From Felis catus (Eukaryota), in the NCBI RefSeq assembly GCF_018350175.1, contig NC_058368.1, forward strand, positions 64,358,001 through 64,422,000: a DNA stretch of 64,000 nt, read 5' to 3'. The first letter of the stretch is position 1. Each line of letters opens with the position of its first letter. This document shows positions 38,356-51,942 of the stretch, one piece after another. The notes beneath the pieces are model-generated. The model searched no databases, was not told the DNA's origin, and saw only the letters and a program-made list of their open reading frames with translations. A program made the translations under genes and the position numbers.

Positions 38356-39499
38356 TATATTCTTAATAATTTAGATCCTATCCTGGACTTCTCATTGTCT
38401 GACCTATGCATATGCTAGTATACTTCAGTCTTGAATTTAGCCTCAGTCTTTACATGGTCTGGAAGTATTTGCTGTCTGGATTCAATTGGTTTCATCTTTG
38501 CAATTCAAGAGTGAACCCAGGCTTCATACACAGGTGCAGAGAGTCCCTTCTAATTCCTCCTCTCCAGGATCTTATCCCCAAGTCTCTATGCCCCCAGTAT
38601 TCTTATGTTCAGTGTTCAGTTTTAAAAGTTGGGACTTTAACCTTCCCACACTATTGCATCGTACCTACAAACTGGCCCAACAGATGGCAAAGTGGTGACA
38701 GAAAACAGACTGTAGGGTTGCTTCCATCATCCCCACCATTGCTGCTGCTGCATCAGGGGTATGGTGGCGTCTCAGTTGCAGGGCAGGGGGTGTTAAAATG
38801 GGACTCAGCCCTGTTATTAAAGACAGGGAGGGGAGCCACTTGATGAGCTGTGGCTCAACTGGTATATGACAGGTGGGGAGTGTTGAAAGCCTCTTTTGCT
38901 GGTCCTAAATGCCATGTCTGCCTGGGGAAGGGAGAATTGGGGAAGGCTGCCCCTTCACTGTAGCTCTGCACCTGGGGTTAGTGGGGAAATTCCCTGAAAC
39001 ATCTGTGGTACAGGAAGACCTCTCCTAATTCTCTCTATAGTAGGAATGCTTCTTTGAGCTTTTTCTGACTGTACTCATTCAGCATTCAAGAACTGAGGAT
39101 TTGGACTTACCTAGAACCCCAGATAGGATAGGTAGGAGATAAAGAGGGAACTTGGAGCCCAGTTACCCCACAAATCTATTTGCTCTTCTCTACCTTGCGT
39201 GTAGAGTCTTCGGATAGGTGCTTTAAACTTTTTCCCCTTAATTTTATATAGGAGACCAAAAATTTAAAAAAAGAAAAAGAAAAAAAGGCTTGCTCTCTAG
39301 TCACCCCTCAAGTTCTGAATCTCTCCAATAATTATTATTCCCGTGTGTGTGTGTGTACATACGCTGTCCAGACCGCTCTTTTATTATTGTATGTATCGCA
39401 CTATTTATCTGCCTGGTTTCATTCATTTTGTTTGTTTGAAATCAAAGGATAAAAAAGGAAGTAAAAGTTTCTGCAATATTGCCATGGTCATTTTGAAGT

Positions 39500-40780
39500 G
39501 TGTGAAGTACCAATTGATCTTCCCTTCCAGCCCTTCAGTCGTGTCCCATCCCTTCCTCCAGACAGCACGACTGCTATTAGTTCCGTGTGTATCTCTTTCA
39601 ATATGTGTTTATGCTCACGGAAGAATTTTGATACAGATAAACACAGATCTATAACAAAATAGAATGACTTTTCCCCCCCGCAAGTTAAAAAAAGATCTAC
39701 TCTTTGTTTATTGCTCTCAACCTTAGTATATATAGCAGTCCTTTCTTGGTAAAATAGCTGCTTTGTATTTCCTGGTGTGGATGTATACTAGAAATTATTT
39801 GGTCTGTTCCACCTGATGGACCTTTACATAGTTTCTTTTATGTTTTTATTTTTTTTTTCTTCTCTTTCCCTTCCCTTTCTTTCTCTTCCCTGCCCCCCCC
39901 CTTTTTTTTGTTTTTGGCTCTTACACACTACCGTAAACAAACTTCATTTATCTATATCCGTTTCTGCTAGTATGTTGGTAACAGCATTTTTTTTGAAGTG
40001 GAACTCCAAAACGATTCTCTAAGATTTATTGTCTTACACTGCCGTGCAGCACTTTCAGTGCTAGGACACAAATATGTGAACCTTCCCCTTTGTGTCTGAA
40101 CAGCATTAGGGCAACTTTCAGTCCCAAGTAAAATGCATGTTTCTGAGTACCTGTTTCTTACGTCATTGTCGACAGTGGATAGAACTCACTTTTCAAAGTT
40201 GATCATTGTATTCCTCAAGTTGTAAAACTTTTTTGGTATATTTAAAAGACCTTTGTATACATATGTCCATTAAATGTAAGTTTGTATTATCCATTTTTGT
40301 TTTTAAGTCCTGTTCATATTTATGCATGGGAGTACTTGACTTAGCAGAGAAAGTTTCATTTGGCCTGTCTATATTCTTCATTATTTTGCCCCAAGTCCAT
40401 ATTTTATCATTAAATGTGGACTGATTCCTATTAGTTTTTATGTAATCAACCCTCCCAATTATTCTCTTTGGGGATGTTGTATTACTTGATTGCTTTTTCA
40501 AAGTATCTACTTAAAGATAAAAGCAATTATTCTAATTTTCTGAAATAAATTTGTATTAATACTTTGATCCCTTGTTTGGAATTTGTTTTTGGGTACACTT
40601 GGCTGCAGGAATATTTTTTTCAAATTATATAGTAAATTATCCAACACTATCCATTAAATTGTTTCATCTCAGAATTTAATTTCATTTCTATAATTCATTG
40701 GTGATTTTTCTGTTTGTCAACCATGTCCCCATATCAAACTGTTTTAATTAAAGCAGCTTTATTTACACATCTGTTTTTAG
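39500..40780 (-). mobile_element. Very old L1 (L1ME-like) 3' region
   Basis: T-rich antisense L1 motifs (TCCACCTGATGGAC, CCCAAGTAAAATGCATGTTTCTGAGTACC, CCAACACTATCCATTAAAT); highly diverged. Confidence 0.5.
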
Positions 40781-41211
40781 ATTTCATTTCTTTCTAGATT
40801 CAGAATTAAATTCCTATGAGATTTAAATTCTTCAAAGGAAAGACTTGTTTTACTCAACTCTTTGGTCTTAGCTTACCACAGTGCTGACAGATATTTTTAC
40901 TAAATTACTGTCCAACTTTATTGACTTGAAACTCTGGTGAAACTTCTGTTCCATGTTTGCTAAACACTTCAAAAGTATATTCAACACCATAACCATTTAT
41001 TGAACACACAAGACTCTGTATTGAGAACTGTGGAGAATTAAAAAAAGAACCTGTCCTTAAAGAATGTCTGTGCTAGGATGGTGAGCATAAATCTGTGTAA
41101 GAGTAATAAGTGTGATATAAGACAATATGAAAATCAATTTGAAAGTAGAATAACATGTGTCCAAAGGGAAAAACAATAGTAAAGTTACTGTTACTTTCAA
41201 TCACTGAAAAA

Positions 41212-41442
41212 TTTTTTGTGTGTGTGTGTTTTTTTTTTTAATCTATTTATTTATTTAGAGAGAAAGCATGCATGCAGGGGAGGGTCAGAGAGAGAGAGAG
41301 AGAGGGAGAGAGAGAATCCCAAGCAGGCTCCACACTGACAGCACAGAGCCGGACACAGGCCTTGATCCCACAAACCATGAGATCATAGCCTGAGCTGAAA
41401 TCAAGAGTCAACGCTTAACTGACTGAGCCACCCTGGCACCCC
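41212..41442 (-). mobile_element. CanSINE with (TG)n in its tail
   Basis: Ends GAGCCACCCTGGCACCCC; GA tract; tail TTTTTTGTGTGTGTGTGTTTTTTT. Confidence 0.94.
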
Positions 41443-44400
41443 TGAAAAAAGGTTCTTAACATAAGGTATAGTTTGTTGCCATCTTGACTGACCAGCTACA
41501 TAAGTGGATATAAAATGAAATAATGTAGATATATCCTCTGTGAAGAATTCTTTGGACTAAAACCCTAATCCCTACAGAATTTGAGTCCTTGGGTATTTTG
41601 GTACACAGGAGTGTGCCAGGGTTAAGGCAGAATTTGGATTTTGTTTTGTTTTCCCTTTTTTTTTCCTTTCCTTTCTAAGAGAGTTCATGGTTTGGATTGG
41701 GGGGGTTGATTTGAGCATTTCTCATTTATCTTGCTAATTAGGACATGTTCCTGCTATAACCTAGTTTAACTCAAGTTACCTATATTCACATCCTCTGAAT
41801 GAGTCTGTTCACCATTTAGAGACCTCTGTAATTTTCTGATTGTATACAAGGCTCCGTGGTTAATAGTGGTTCAGATAATGGTCAGGGGAGGGTAGGAGGC
41901 GGCTCTTCTATGTTTGTTACATGTCACAGCAATAGCAAGCATAGGGACCATGATGGGAATGTGAAACCTACCCATATAGTGACACGATTATGTTGGCATA
42001 CTGTAAAAGATACTTAATACTTGGTAAAACATCTGGATCTTCCCGTTATATATCCAGGAAACAGAGATGTCAACTACTTCTCGTCAGATAGTAACAGATA
42101 ATGTACATTTTGCATAATAAGACGATGTGAAAATATCTTATGTGTTGATCTGTCTTAATAGAAAATCATCATATGGAAATTCTGAACTCTGTTCATTTAA
42201 ATCCCATTCTGGATAGATCATAAAACTAAACTTCTTTAAAAAATTAAATACTTTTTTCTAAAATGTTGGAACGCTGACTTAACCCTGGATCTATACTAAG
42301 CATATATAATTCATAATCTTTATATTTGATAATGAAAGGGCTGTTTTAGCTCCATTGGCTTATATATGGTTTCTGTGTAACACTGTTACATGCTTAATCA
42401 TACTGCCTTTAAAAAAATAATACATTTTTTGCCTTCAAAAGGCAAACATGGTCTCCAAGGCCTAGCCTGGGAACTTAGAAACTGACCTATTATTTGATGT
42501 CGATAGTAGTTTCCATTGCACCCAGAGGAAAAAATTTAGACCCAATTCCCTGGAGCCCCTATGCTGTGAAACAAATGTGTCACCCATGCGTTGTGTCTGA
42601 GCACTGTCGAAGTATCTTTCTGTACAGAGCAGGACCAGGGTGGGTGCACCTACTGTGCTTTGCCAAAGGTGACATTATGGGGAGAAAGAAAACATGCTGG
42701 AGAGGCCTGTTTGGCTGCACATTTACACTAAGTAGAGAATGAGAGCAATTTGTCACTTCCAGCAAAAATATTTTCCCAGGAATCATGATAGATGGGCAGT
42801 CTGTTTCTAACCTTACTCTTTTACGACTTGCACCTTGCTTGTTAACTCTCTTGGAACATGTTTTCCATGAATCAAAGGAAACAATCCTAAATAGTATATA
42901 GCTTGATGACATAGATTGTTTTTATAGAGTTAGCTGCTGAAACCATATTTTTCAGAAAGGGAGAGAAACTGAATGCTATAGGAATATTATGCAACAAGCC
43001 TTAAATGAAATTTAAAAAGAACATTTAGAAGAACATTATGTTTAGAAGAACATTTAGAAGTCATAATCTAAAAACATTTAGTAAGAATATAAAGTATGGT
43101 GATATTCTCCAGAGATTGGGGGTTGGGGGAGTAGAGTAGAGAGATAGAAGACAGAGACCTAGAGATAAATGCCAACACTGAGCAGGAGTTGAGCAAATCT
43201 TACCATATGTGACTAGGTAAATAAATAAATAAATGACAGTGAAGAGGTGGTTTCTTCTTTTCCAGTACAGATACATGTGGTCTGGGTAATGTTCCTTTGG
43301 TAGAAATGTAATGACCAAAAGTAAACTGCAAATAAATATGTAAGACTAGATTATGCATAAATAGGGCATCAAATTAGCAAATGCTAAACCTGATGGTATA
43401 CAGGGACCATCGTCTGACTGCACAGGTACTTCCTGGTCTTATTTGACAAACCTTCTCTCTGTTCTGGTCGCTCACTCTATTCACTGTTCAGCCAGTGAAG
43501 GCAGGGATGGGGCACATGAATCCTGGATCCCTAAATGCAGCTGAATCACCAAATTAAGAAGGGAAGTTTAAAGACTGGTTAGAGTTAACATTCGAATAAG
43601 GGACTTTCTGTGTAAAATGCTGTTATAGTATATAATCCTGATACACCCTTCTCAAATATTTTACCAAAATATTTATGAGCATCCAGGAAAGAAAGCAATG
43701 AAGAAAGATAGGAACACAGGAAGGAAAGAAGGGGAATTCACAACACCATAGGGCACAAAGTTCGAAAGCCAGTCCTGAGAGGAATATCTACTAGCTAGGA
43801 GGCACTTGGGGCACATTGGAAACCCTGCCTAACACCTAACCAACTAACAGTGTTTCGATTTATGAGGTGGCACTGATCTGCCTATTTGAAGTACAGTAGA
43901 AAGATTGTGATTCTCTACCCTCCCAGCCACTGGGTATCCTGCTAACCTGTCAGAAGAGCAGACTGGGGCAGAAGTTCTCATCCTTGCACAGGTGAGGCTC
44001 TCTGGAGGGAGAGGGCATTGGCGAGTGCAGTCTGCTGTTCTGCTGTGCTATGAGAACAGGGTTAGCCTGTGTCTGGAATCTGCATGGCCATGGATCAAAG
44101 CCAAGGGCAGACACCAATGTTGCATAGTTCCCTCCTTGTTGAGGATGAGAAAGGTAATACAATTTGATTCCATAGGGCTTAAAAGAGTATATTGCAGAGA
44201 AAATTGGAGGGAATGGAACCTGTGAGACTCAGAGGGAAACACACTTCTTTTCTCCAGAAGCCATAGAACATTTTAGAAAGCAATTTGACATTCTTGATAG
44301 GATGCTGGAGACAGCATGGCACCAAATTGAGAAAAGCAGAAAGCCAGACTGTGGCAAAAATACAGATAGGAAACAAAAAAGATGAGCAAGTAAAGCAATG

Positions 44401-44719
44401 TTCACATTGTGAACTGGACTGGTAGGGATCCTGGAACAGAGGACACTGCTCCCTGGGATATTGCCGAGAATTGGAGATTCACCTGACAGCAAACAGAGGT
44501 TTGTCTTATTGCTTAGATTTAATTTTAATCAATGCTGCTTTAGTTTAAAATTAAAATAACGTTAAAAAAGTAAAGTAACATTTAAAAACATCTCTCCTAT
44601 TGGATGTATTTGTTTAGCACAGTGGTCTCCTTGCTCTGCACCAGGCCTAGATACTGTAGGTATCTTCTCACCATCTGTTGACTTAATCAGTGGGTGGTGA
44701 TTTCACACTAATCAAAGTG

Positions 44720-44920
44720 GGACTCGTCAGCCTGAAGCCACCTCTACTCCCAGTACTTAGTAGCTATTTGATCTTGATCAATGACCTTATGCAGCTTTCT
44801 CATTTGTAAAATAGGAATGAGAACAATATCCACTAAAGTGTGTTAGGAGGCTCTTACAGGGATAAGGTATGTATCCTAATGCCTAGTACAGATAAGTAAA
44901 CAATAAACGCTAGCTACTGT
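44720..44920 (+). mobile_element. MIR SINE
   Basis: ACTTAGTAGCTATTTGATCTTG...CAGCTTTCTCATTTGTAAAATAGGAATGA...ATGCCTAGTACAGATAAGT...CAATAAACGCTAGCTA. Confidence 0.75.
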
Positions 44921-45769
44921 CCTATTAAAACAACAGAAAGTTATGTATAGAAATAAAGATGATTTGATGTTCTAATAAACATAATAAAAGGAATTTCCTC
45001 TTCATAGACTCTAGTAAGATAATTATATGGATTTAGAACATCAAAGCAACAAAAAATGGTGCCAAAAAAAGTTTTTAATGAGGATACAATAATTTGGGAG
45101 TGAAGTTCAAACTTCTCTGTGAATTTAAGTGCCAGGAAGAAAAGGATAAAAAATCCAAGGTTCAGGGGAAATTGTGCCCCTTAATCACTTGGAAAATAGG
45201 CAGGTGGATGAAAGTCATAGGTGTTCTGTGACATGCAAGAAAAATTATGCAATACTTGCAAATAGGGAAAATGACTAATTACTATGTGAATTTTCAGTAG
45301 ATTGCTGAACATTGTCTAGTGGGCCCTCCTGGATTACCTGATTGTATAAAGGATTATATAAGAGTACGTATTTAACTGACGAGGTTCTCTCACAACTCTG
45401 TAGGAGTATGGATCAATTTATAGACAACCAATAGCATAGCAAGAGATTCCTGTTTACACAAATGCAAAACCTCTTGTTCAGTTGACAACGTAAACCTCTC
45501 AAATTCTCACTTAAGCTAATCTTAATATTTGGCTGGTTCTCTAAATAAACAGGCTTTGGTATGTATTCCCTCATCAATTAATCTTTGAGCACATACTCAT
45601 TTTACATTTGTAGTAAGGTCCCATTTTAAAGTTTTTGAAAATTAGACTTTATCAGGACAACTAGACAGTATTTTGGAGGAAATGCATTGTGCAAATAATT
45701 CTCCAAGATTCTTTTAATTTTGTTGTCCTCGAATTTATAAGCATGATTTTTATCATAAACAAGAGTCAT

Positions 45770-46780
45770 GTGGATTTACATGACCCGGTCTCTGCTTAAT
45801 TCTTTCTTCATCTCTTACTACTCCTTGCCTTGTTTCTGATAACCTAGACATGTTGATAAGGCAGAACATTCTCTCCCCTTCTCACTTCTGTATTTTCACA
45901 TTCCATGTCTTCCAGACCAATGCCATCTACCCTTACCATGATGTACACAACATACCTCCCCCTTCTCCTCATTAACTCATACTCACTCTTTAAGTTTCAG
46001 CTCCTACTTCTCTGGGAGATTTTCCTCTTCCCCAAGCCCCATTTGGTTCTCTGAATTTGTATCTCCCTAGTAGCCTTAGTCACCTTTCTCTTCATCACAT
46101 TTTACCACGCTGTATTAGAGCTGTGTGGTCTTTCTCCATGGACACATAAGTTCCCTGAGATATAGCAACTATTAATGCTTTTATTTATTATGGCATTCCT
46201 TGGTTCATTAGTTCTCTATTGTTGCATAACAAATCACCACACATTTAGGAACTTAAAAGAACCCACATTATCTGTTTCTTTGGGTCAAGAGTCTGTGCAC
46301 AGCTTAGCTGTTTGCTCTACTTCAAGGTCTTTCACAAGGTTGCAAACAAGGTATCAGTCAGGGCTGGAGTCTCATTAAAAGCTAAAAGAGGGAAAGTGCA
46401 GCTTCCAAGCTTACATAATTGTTGGGCAGAGCTCAGATTCTCCCTCACGATTGCCCAGAGTCTACCTTTAGGTTCTGACCATGTGAGCCTCTCCAAGATG
46501 GCAGCTTGCTTCATGAAAGTATGCAAACTGAGAAGACAACAGATTTTAGCAAGATAGAAGTTACAATCTTCTATAACATAATCAAAGAGAGTGACATCTC
46601 CTCATCTTTGCCAAATTCTGTTAGAAGCAAATCATAGGTGTCCGTTCACACTCAAGGAGAGAAGTTATGCAAGGTGGGGATCATGAGAGTGCTGACCACA
46701 GTAGGGCCTGGTACTGTGTTGGCACACAGTAGGTATTAAAATAATAGCTTCCAAATGAATGATTCATTCAATGAAAGGAT
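45770..46780 (+). mobile_element. L2 3' region split by an MLT1 LTR
   Basis: CTCATACTCACTCTTTAAGTTTCAGCTC, ATAAGTTCCCTGAG before the LTR; GGCACACAGTAGGTATTAAA...AATGAATGA after it. Confidence 0.6.
46203..46700 (-). mobile_element. MaLR solo LTR (MLT1F/G-like)
   Basis: ATTAGTTCTCTATTGTTGCATAACAAATCACCAC, CACAAGGTTGCAAACAAGGTATCAG, CAAGATGGCAGCTTGCTTC, CACACTCAAGGAGAG. Confidence 0.8.
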
Positions 46781-49379
46781 GATTTATATGAGGACTCCTT
46801 TACAGAAATATGCAGAAAATCCCTTCCTTTGACCATAAGATAACAGATAAATTTGTTTAGCTATATTTTTTCCTCTGACTAAATTTCTTTGTTTTCTTAC
46901 TCTCCATTGTTTTCAGAATTTTTTTTTTTTTTACGTATGTCTGGTTAACCTAAAGAGTAGAGACTTATGAAAAAAAACAAAAAAATTAAAAATAAATCAG
47001 CAAAAACAACTTCAAATAATTTTAAAATACACAAGCATCCTGTGTTATTTCCTAATATTTTGAAGCCACATTGCAAATACATGTATCCAGAGTAGTGTAA
47101 ACATTGGCACAGCTGTGTACAGAATCTCCTATTTAAATTATTTCGTCATAGATTTTCTTTACCCTCTTGAATTATGACTTTAATGTTACACACTAAAACT
47201 GCTTCATGTAGTGAAGTTGACTTCACTGAATTTTATAACCAGAAACAATTTTGACTTCTGATGAAGAAGAAGAAAAAAGATAGTATCATCCTTGCAAATT
47301 TTGTCTAAACAGTAAGTCAGAATTGAATAATTCTACAATAAAAGAGAAACACTATTAAATTATGTTTCCCTCATTTTTGTGTCTGATATCTGAACATTTC
47401 TTTCATCCATGATTTTGGATTTTTCTAAAGTAATAGACAAAAGGCCTAAGTAAACTGAAGAGATTACATAAATATACTTAATGATCCTTGCCATATACAC
47501 AACACCTAATATTACAGGACAATGTTCCTCGAGCATGCATCCACTGTTTCCCAGGATAAATAAACTCTTTCGAAAAGTGTATTGTATATGGGTTAATGCT
47601 TGCAAAGGTTAAAAACATCAAATTCTGAAATATCATGACCTGACATTAATGACCCAATAATAGGTTGACATTTGCAATTCTTTTTGGGGGGTAGTAGCCC
47701 ACCATATGCAAAGATCAGCTTCTGCATTTAGCTGCTTATCTCAAAGGAAAAAAAAATATGAGTAATAATAGTACTGGGGAGGTTAATAATAAGTAAGGGC
47801 TTAGTATAGCTTTTATCAGTGTGTTCAGAAAATGAACTGAGAATTGCTGTCTACTTGATTGGGAAGGGGAAGGGAAGAATGGATCCATATGGGAGGCATC
47901 ACTCAGCTTCCAGTGTTTGTGTGAAGGTGGTTCACAAGGTTACCTGAGCTGATGCAACATAAAGCTAAAATTTGCATGTCAAAGCTTCGTTCCTTTTGTG
48001 AGATACTGCCACACAAATCACTGGCCCTGGGGCTTAAGTTTCACAGATGTCTAAACTCATTTAAAAATTAAAGTGCAATAATTTGTAATCCACAGTACAT
48101 CTAATAGTTCTGATTCTTCAGAATGTTTTGTTTTGCTATTCTTTGTTTCTACCAACTAAAATTCTACTTTTTCATAGACTATCGCAGGTTTTCCCTGGGA
48201 AAGTTAATGTATTCTTTGACAAGAACATCCTTCTTTGGGGCCATTATATTATTGCTACAGTTAAGATTCAAAAAAGAATAATACTTATTCATATTTAAAA
48301 TCACAACCAAAAATAACTTGGCATTAAACTGACCATTACATTTCCTGGGCTTCTGGAAAAATAAAAACGTGACTCATGAATGCTAGTTCTTTGTCCATGT
48401 TACTTATTCTTTCAACTACCTTCAAGTTTTCAGAATACATTGTGAGGAACATTTGCACTATATTTTCTTCTATGAATTATTTCATCAGAATTAATGTCTT
48501 TACATTACTAGAAAATATCCTAAGATGCAATGCTCCAATAGGCTTATAATGACTTGCTATAGATTATATTTATTAACATTGCCATAAATTAACATCTTTC
48601 CTCAGTAGAGTTGAAAGCATTACGTGATAAAATTTTAAAGTTCACAGAAAAGAATTATAAATGGTGAAGCAAGTAGGATTTTGCTCATCCAGTTTAGATA
48701 TACATTTGCAGTATTCCTTTAGTGCACTGAACATAGGAAATGTAAACATTACTTTTGGTCTCTTTTTTCTACTTTACACCAAATCCATAGGAAATGCTAC
48801 AGCAACATTTTACGTGCTTACAGCATTGGGATTAGTCCCAGTTATGCCGGTCACTTCAATGTTTCAATTTCTCCCCTTTTCCTTAAGTAAATGGAAACAA
48901 TTTCACAATTCTGTTTCATATTTTTTCACAACTCTGTAGATTTTTTTTTTCAAGAGTGTAGAGAATGGACATGGACCACGGGTCTGGAAACACTTAACAG
49001 CTTGAGTGTCCTTGGGCAACAGAGAGGAAGACAAAGTTAATGATTGCACTGAGATTTTATGGTGGGAAATACAGAAATGAATTTTAAACTATGTCACAGG
49101 CCAAATCGATCATTTCTATATTTTAAAGTAACAATAGAATTATTTTCAAAGAAATAAACTTGTATTTCTATTTCTTGCATAATCATAGCTATAGGTTATG
49201 TTCAAGGATGGTCAAAAATTAGGATGGCATATGATAAATGAAAGGGGGAGATTATATATCACTTATTTTGCCCTGCTGATGAAAATAATCCTTCAAGTTT
49301 CAGAACACAGTAAATTAATGATTTATTCTCTTCTATTGGTGGTAAAACTCTCATAGAACATATTGAGAATACCTTAAAA

Positions 49380-49551
49380 TTTTTTTTGAAAGAGAGTGTG
49401 AGCAGGGGAGGGGCAGTGAGAAAGAGGAGGCGGAGGATGTGAAGCGTCCCTTTGCTGACAGCAGACAGTGGGATGCGGGGCTCAAACTAAGGAATGGTTA
49501 GATCATGACCTGAGCTAGTTGGATGCTTAACTCACTGAGCCACAGGTGCCC
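49380..49551 (-). mobile_element. CanSINE (diverged)
   Basis: GATCATGACCTGAGCT...CTGAGCCACAGGTGCCC; imperfect TSD TGAGAA(T/A)ACCT. Confidence 0.9.
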
Positions 49552-49993
49552 TGAGAAAACCTAAACATTTAATGGAAAGATTTTTTTTTCTTTGTGTAGT
49601 TGATGGTGGCCATTATATAATTAAATGGTCAATAAATTGTATGTCCAAAAACTATCATGTTCAAAATTGTGATCACAAAAGTGGCATCACAGTCACCTTA
49701 TTTCTATTTTTGTACAATATGTGAGGAAGTACTCAGTAGGTAGTCTATGAACATGTGAACGTCTGTTAAATCAAGTATAGGAATGTATATAGAGACTAAG
49801 GTCTGACCTGTGGCTGGATGGTATTGAGACACTAAAATATTCTTATTTTATTATGGCCTCTGCATACTGTTTGATTAAAACTAATAACGTGTTATAAACA
49901 AACGAATGTCAAATAAAAAGGATACACTTTTGTTGGAGGATGAATCTGGAATTTCAAGAGCTATCAGGAGTTGACCAAAGATCCTGGTGCTCT

Positions 49994-49994
<1 letters not shown>

Positions 49995-50036
<42 letters not shown>
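49995..50036 (+). repeat. A42 homopolymer
   Basis: 42 uninterrupted A. Confidence 0.95.
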
Positions 50037-50038
<2 letters not shown>

Positions 50039-51210
50039 ACAAATGTAAACATTACACTTTTAATTCTTAAAAAATATTACTATTTTGTAGATTTTCTTTG
50101 TAGAGAATCATGAATCATGTCACCTACAAATAAAGATGGTTTTACTTCTTTCTCAGTTTAAATACTGTTTATTTTTCTTCCCTATTTACTCTACAATGCT
50201 CATTATCTGTGGTGAAAGTGACAATCTTTGTCCTGATCTTCAAGCAGAAAATTCAGTTCTTTATGTTTCTATTAGGTCATATTTCTATTATGAAAGAGTG
50301 TTTAATTTTATCAGTTGCTTTACAGATTTTTGCCCTTTGTGCTACAAATGTGGTGTAATACAATGATTTAAAATTTTTTTTTAATTGGAATACCCTTGCA
50401 TTCTTGAGATAAATTCCACTTGGTCACAGTGTTTAATCCATTTATGTTCTGTTAAATGGATTTGGTTTTCTAGTATTTCTTTGAACATTTTGGTGTCTAA
50501 TTCATAAGGAATATTCTGTTGTTTTCTTGTGGTATCTTTGTTGGTCTTTGGTATCTGTGTGAATCTGGCCTTAGACAATGTCCCAGGAAATTTTTTTTGG
50601 AAAGAGTTTGAGTTGTTTTTAATTACTTAAAAGTTTGCTATAATTCAATTGAGAAACCATCTATTCCTGAACTTACTGATTATCGATTCAATCTCTTTAA
50701 TTATTGTAAGTGTATTGAGATAATCTTTTTTCCTCCTGAGATAGAAATGATTGGTATGTTTCTAATTTACCCATTTTCTCTAGATTATCTAATTTATCAC
50801 CAATACAATTGTTCATAGTGTTCTTAGAATCCTTGTAATTTCTGGTAGTTTGAGAGTAATGTCCCCACTTCGATTTCTGGTTTAGTTAGTTGTCGTCTCT
50901 TTTTTCTCAGTCTTACTAAAAGTTTCTCCATTTTGTTGATGCTTTCAAAGAAATGACATTGGTTTTGCATATATTCTCTATTTTTTATTTGAGTCATCTC
51001 TCTTCTGATCTTATTTCCTTACTTTTGTTCACTATGTGTTTGCTCTCTCTAGTTTTTTTAAGGTGTAAAGTTAGGTTGTTGATTGGAAGTCTGTCTTCTA
51101 TTTAATGTAGACACTTAACAGATACGAATTTCCTTTTGAGGAGTGATTTTGCAGGATCCTGTAAATTTTAGTATGCTGTGTTTGTTTTCATTCATCTCAA
51201 ATTATTTTCT

Positions 51211-51430
51211 TTTGTTTTAATTGTTTTTCTAATGTTTATTATTGAGACAGAGAGAGGCAAAGCATGAATGGGGGAGAGTCAGAGAAAGAGGGAGACACAG
51301 AATCCGAAGCAGGCTCCAGGCTCTGAGCTGTCTGCAAAGAGCCTGACGCGGGGCTTGAACTCACGGACGGTGAGATCATGACCTGAGCTGAAGTCGGACG
51401 CTTAACCGACTGAGCCACCCAGGCGCCCTG
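51211..51430 (-). mobile_element. CanSINE
   Basis: Ends GAGCCACCCAGGCGCCC; perfect 19-bp TSD TCATCTCAAATTATTTTCT at 51192-51210 and 51431-51449. Confidence 0.97.
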
Positions 51431-51475
51431 TCATCTCAAATTATTTTCTAATGTTCGTAGTTGCTTCTTTGACTC

Positions 51476-51897
51476 TGTTATGGGCTGAATTGTGTTGCCA
51501 CCCAAAATCATTTATGTTGAAGTCTTTACCTTAGAATGTTACTGTGATTAGAGATAGGGCCTTAAAGAAGTAACTAAGAAGGGAATGCAAATTGGTGCAG
51601 CCACTCTGGAAAACAGTGTGGAGGTTCCTCAAAAAATTAAAAAATAGAACTACCCTAAGGCCCAGCAATTGCACTATGAGGTATTTATCCAAGGGTGCTG
51701 TTTATATGTTATAAGAGATAGAAATATATAAAAGATATAAATATATAAATATATAGATGTATATTTATAAATATATAAAAACATTTGTTTTTATAACAAG
51801 TGTGCTGTTTCAAAGGGGCACATGCACCCCAATGTTTATAGCAGTGCTATCAACAATAGCCAAAGTATGGAAAGAGCCCAATGGACAAAGAAGATGT

Positions 51898-51942
<45 letters not shown>

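Larger units (their letters stand above)
36570..39230 (-). mobile_element. Old L1 5' part (5' UTR, ORF1, inter-ORF) with three nested SINEs
   Basis: ORF 36847-37050 YQSRILHLGKTIFPDEGKIKNFS...ALKEMLKQVL resembles the L1 ORF1p C-terminus; right-hand boundary approximate. Confidence 0.7.

Noticed and set aside
38406..38843. Longest ORF (145 aa, + strand)
   Set aside because: Lies antisense within the probable 5' region of an old L1; no recognisable domain.
40800..41200. Opposed L2 3' ends as a possible miR-28/151-type hairpin
   Set aside because: The fragments are heavily diverged, separated by a spacer and arranged tail-to-tail; I see no extended pairing.
47210..47227. Inverted repeat AGTGAAGT-TG-ACTTCACT
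   Set aside because: An isolated short palindrome is expected by chance in 64 kb and has no supporting context.
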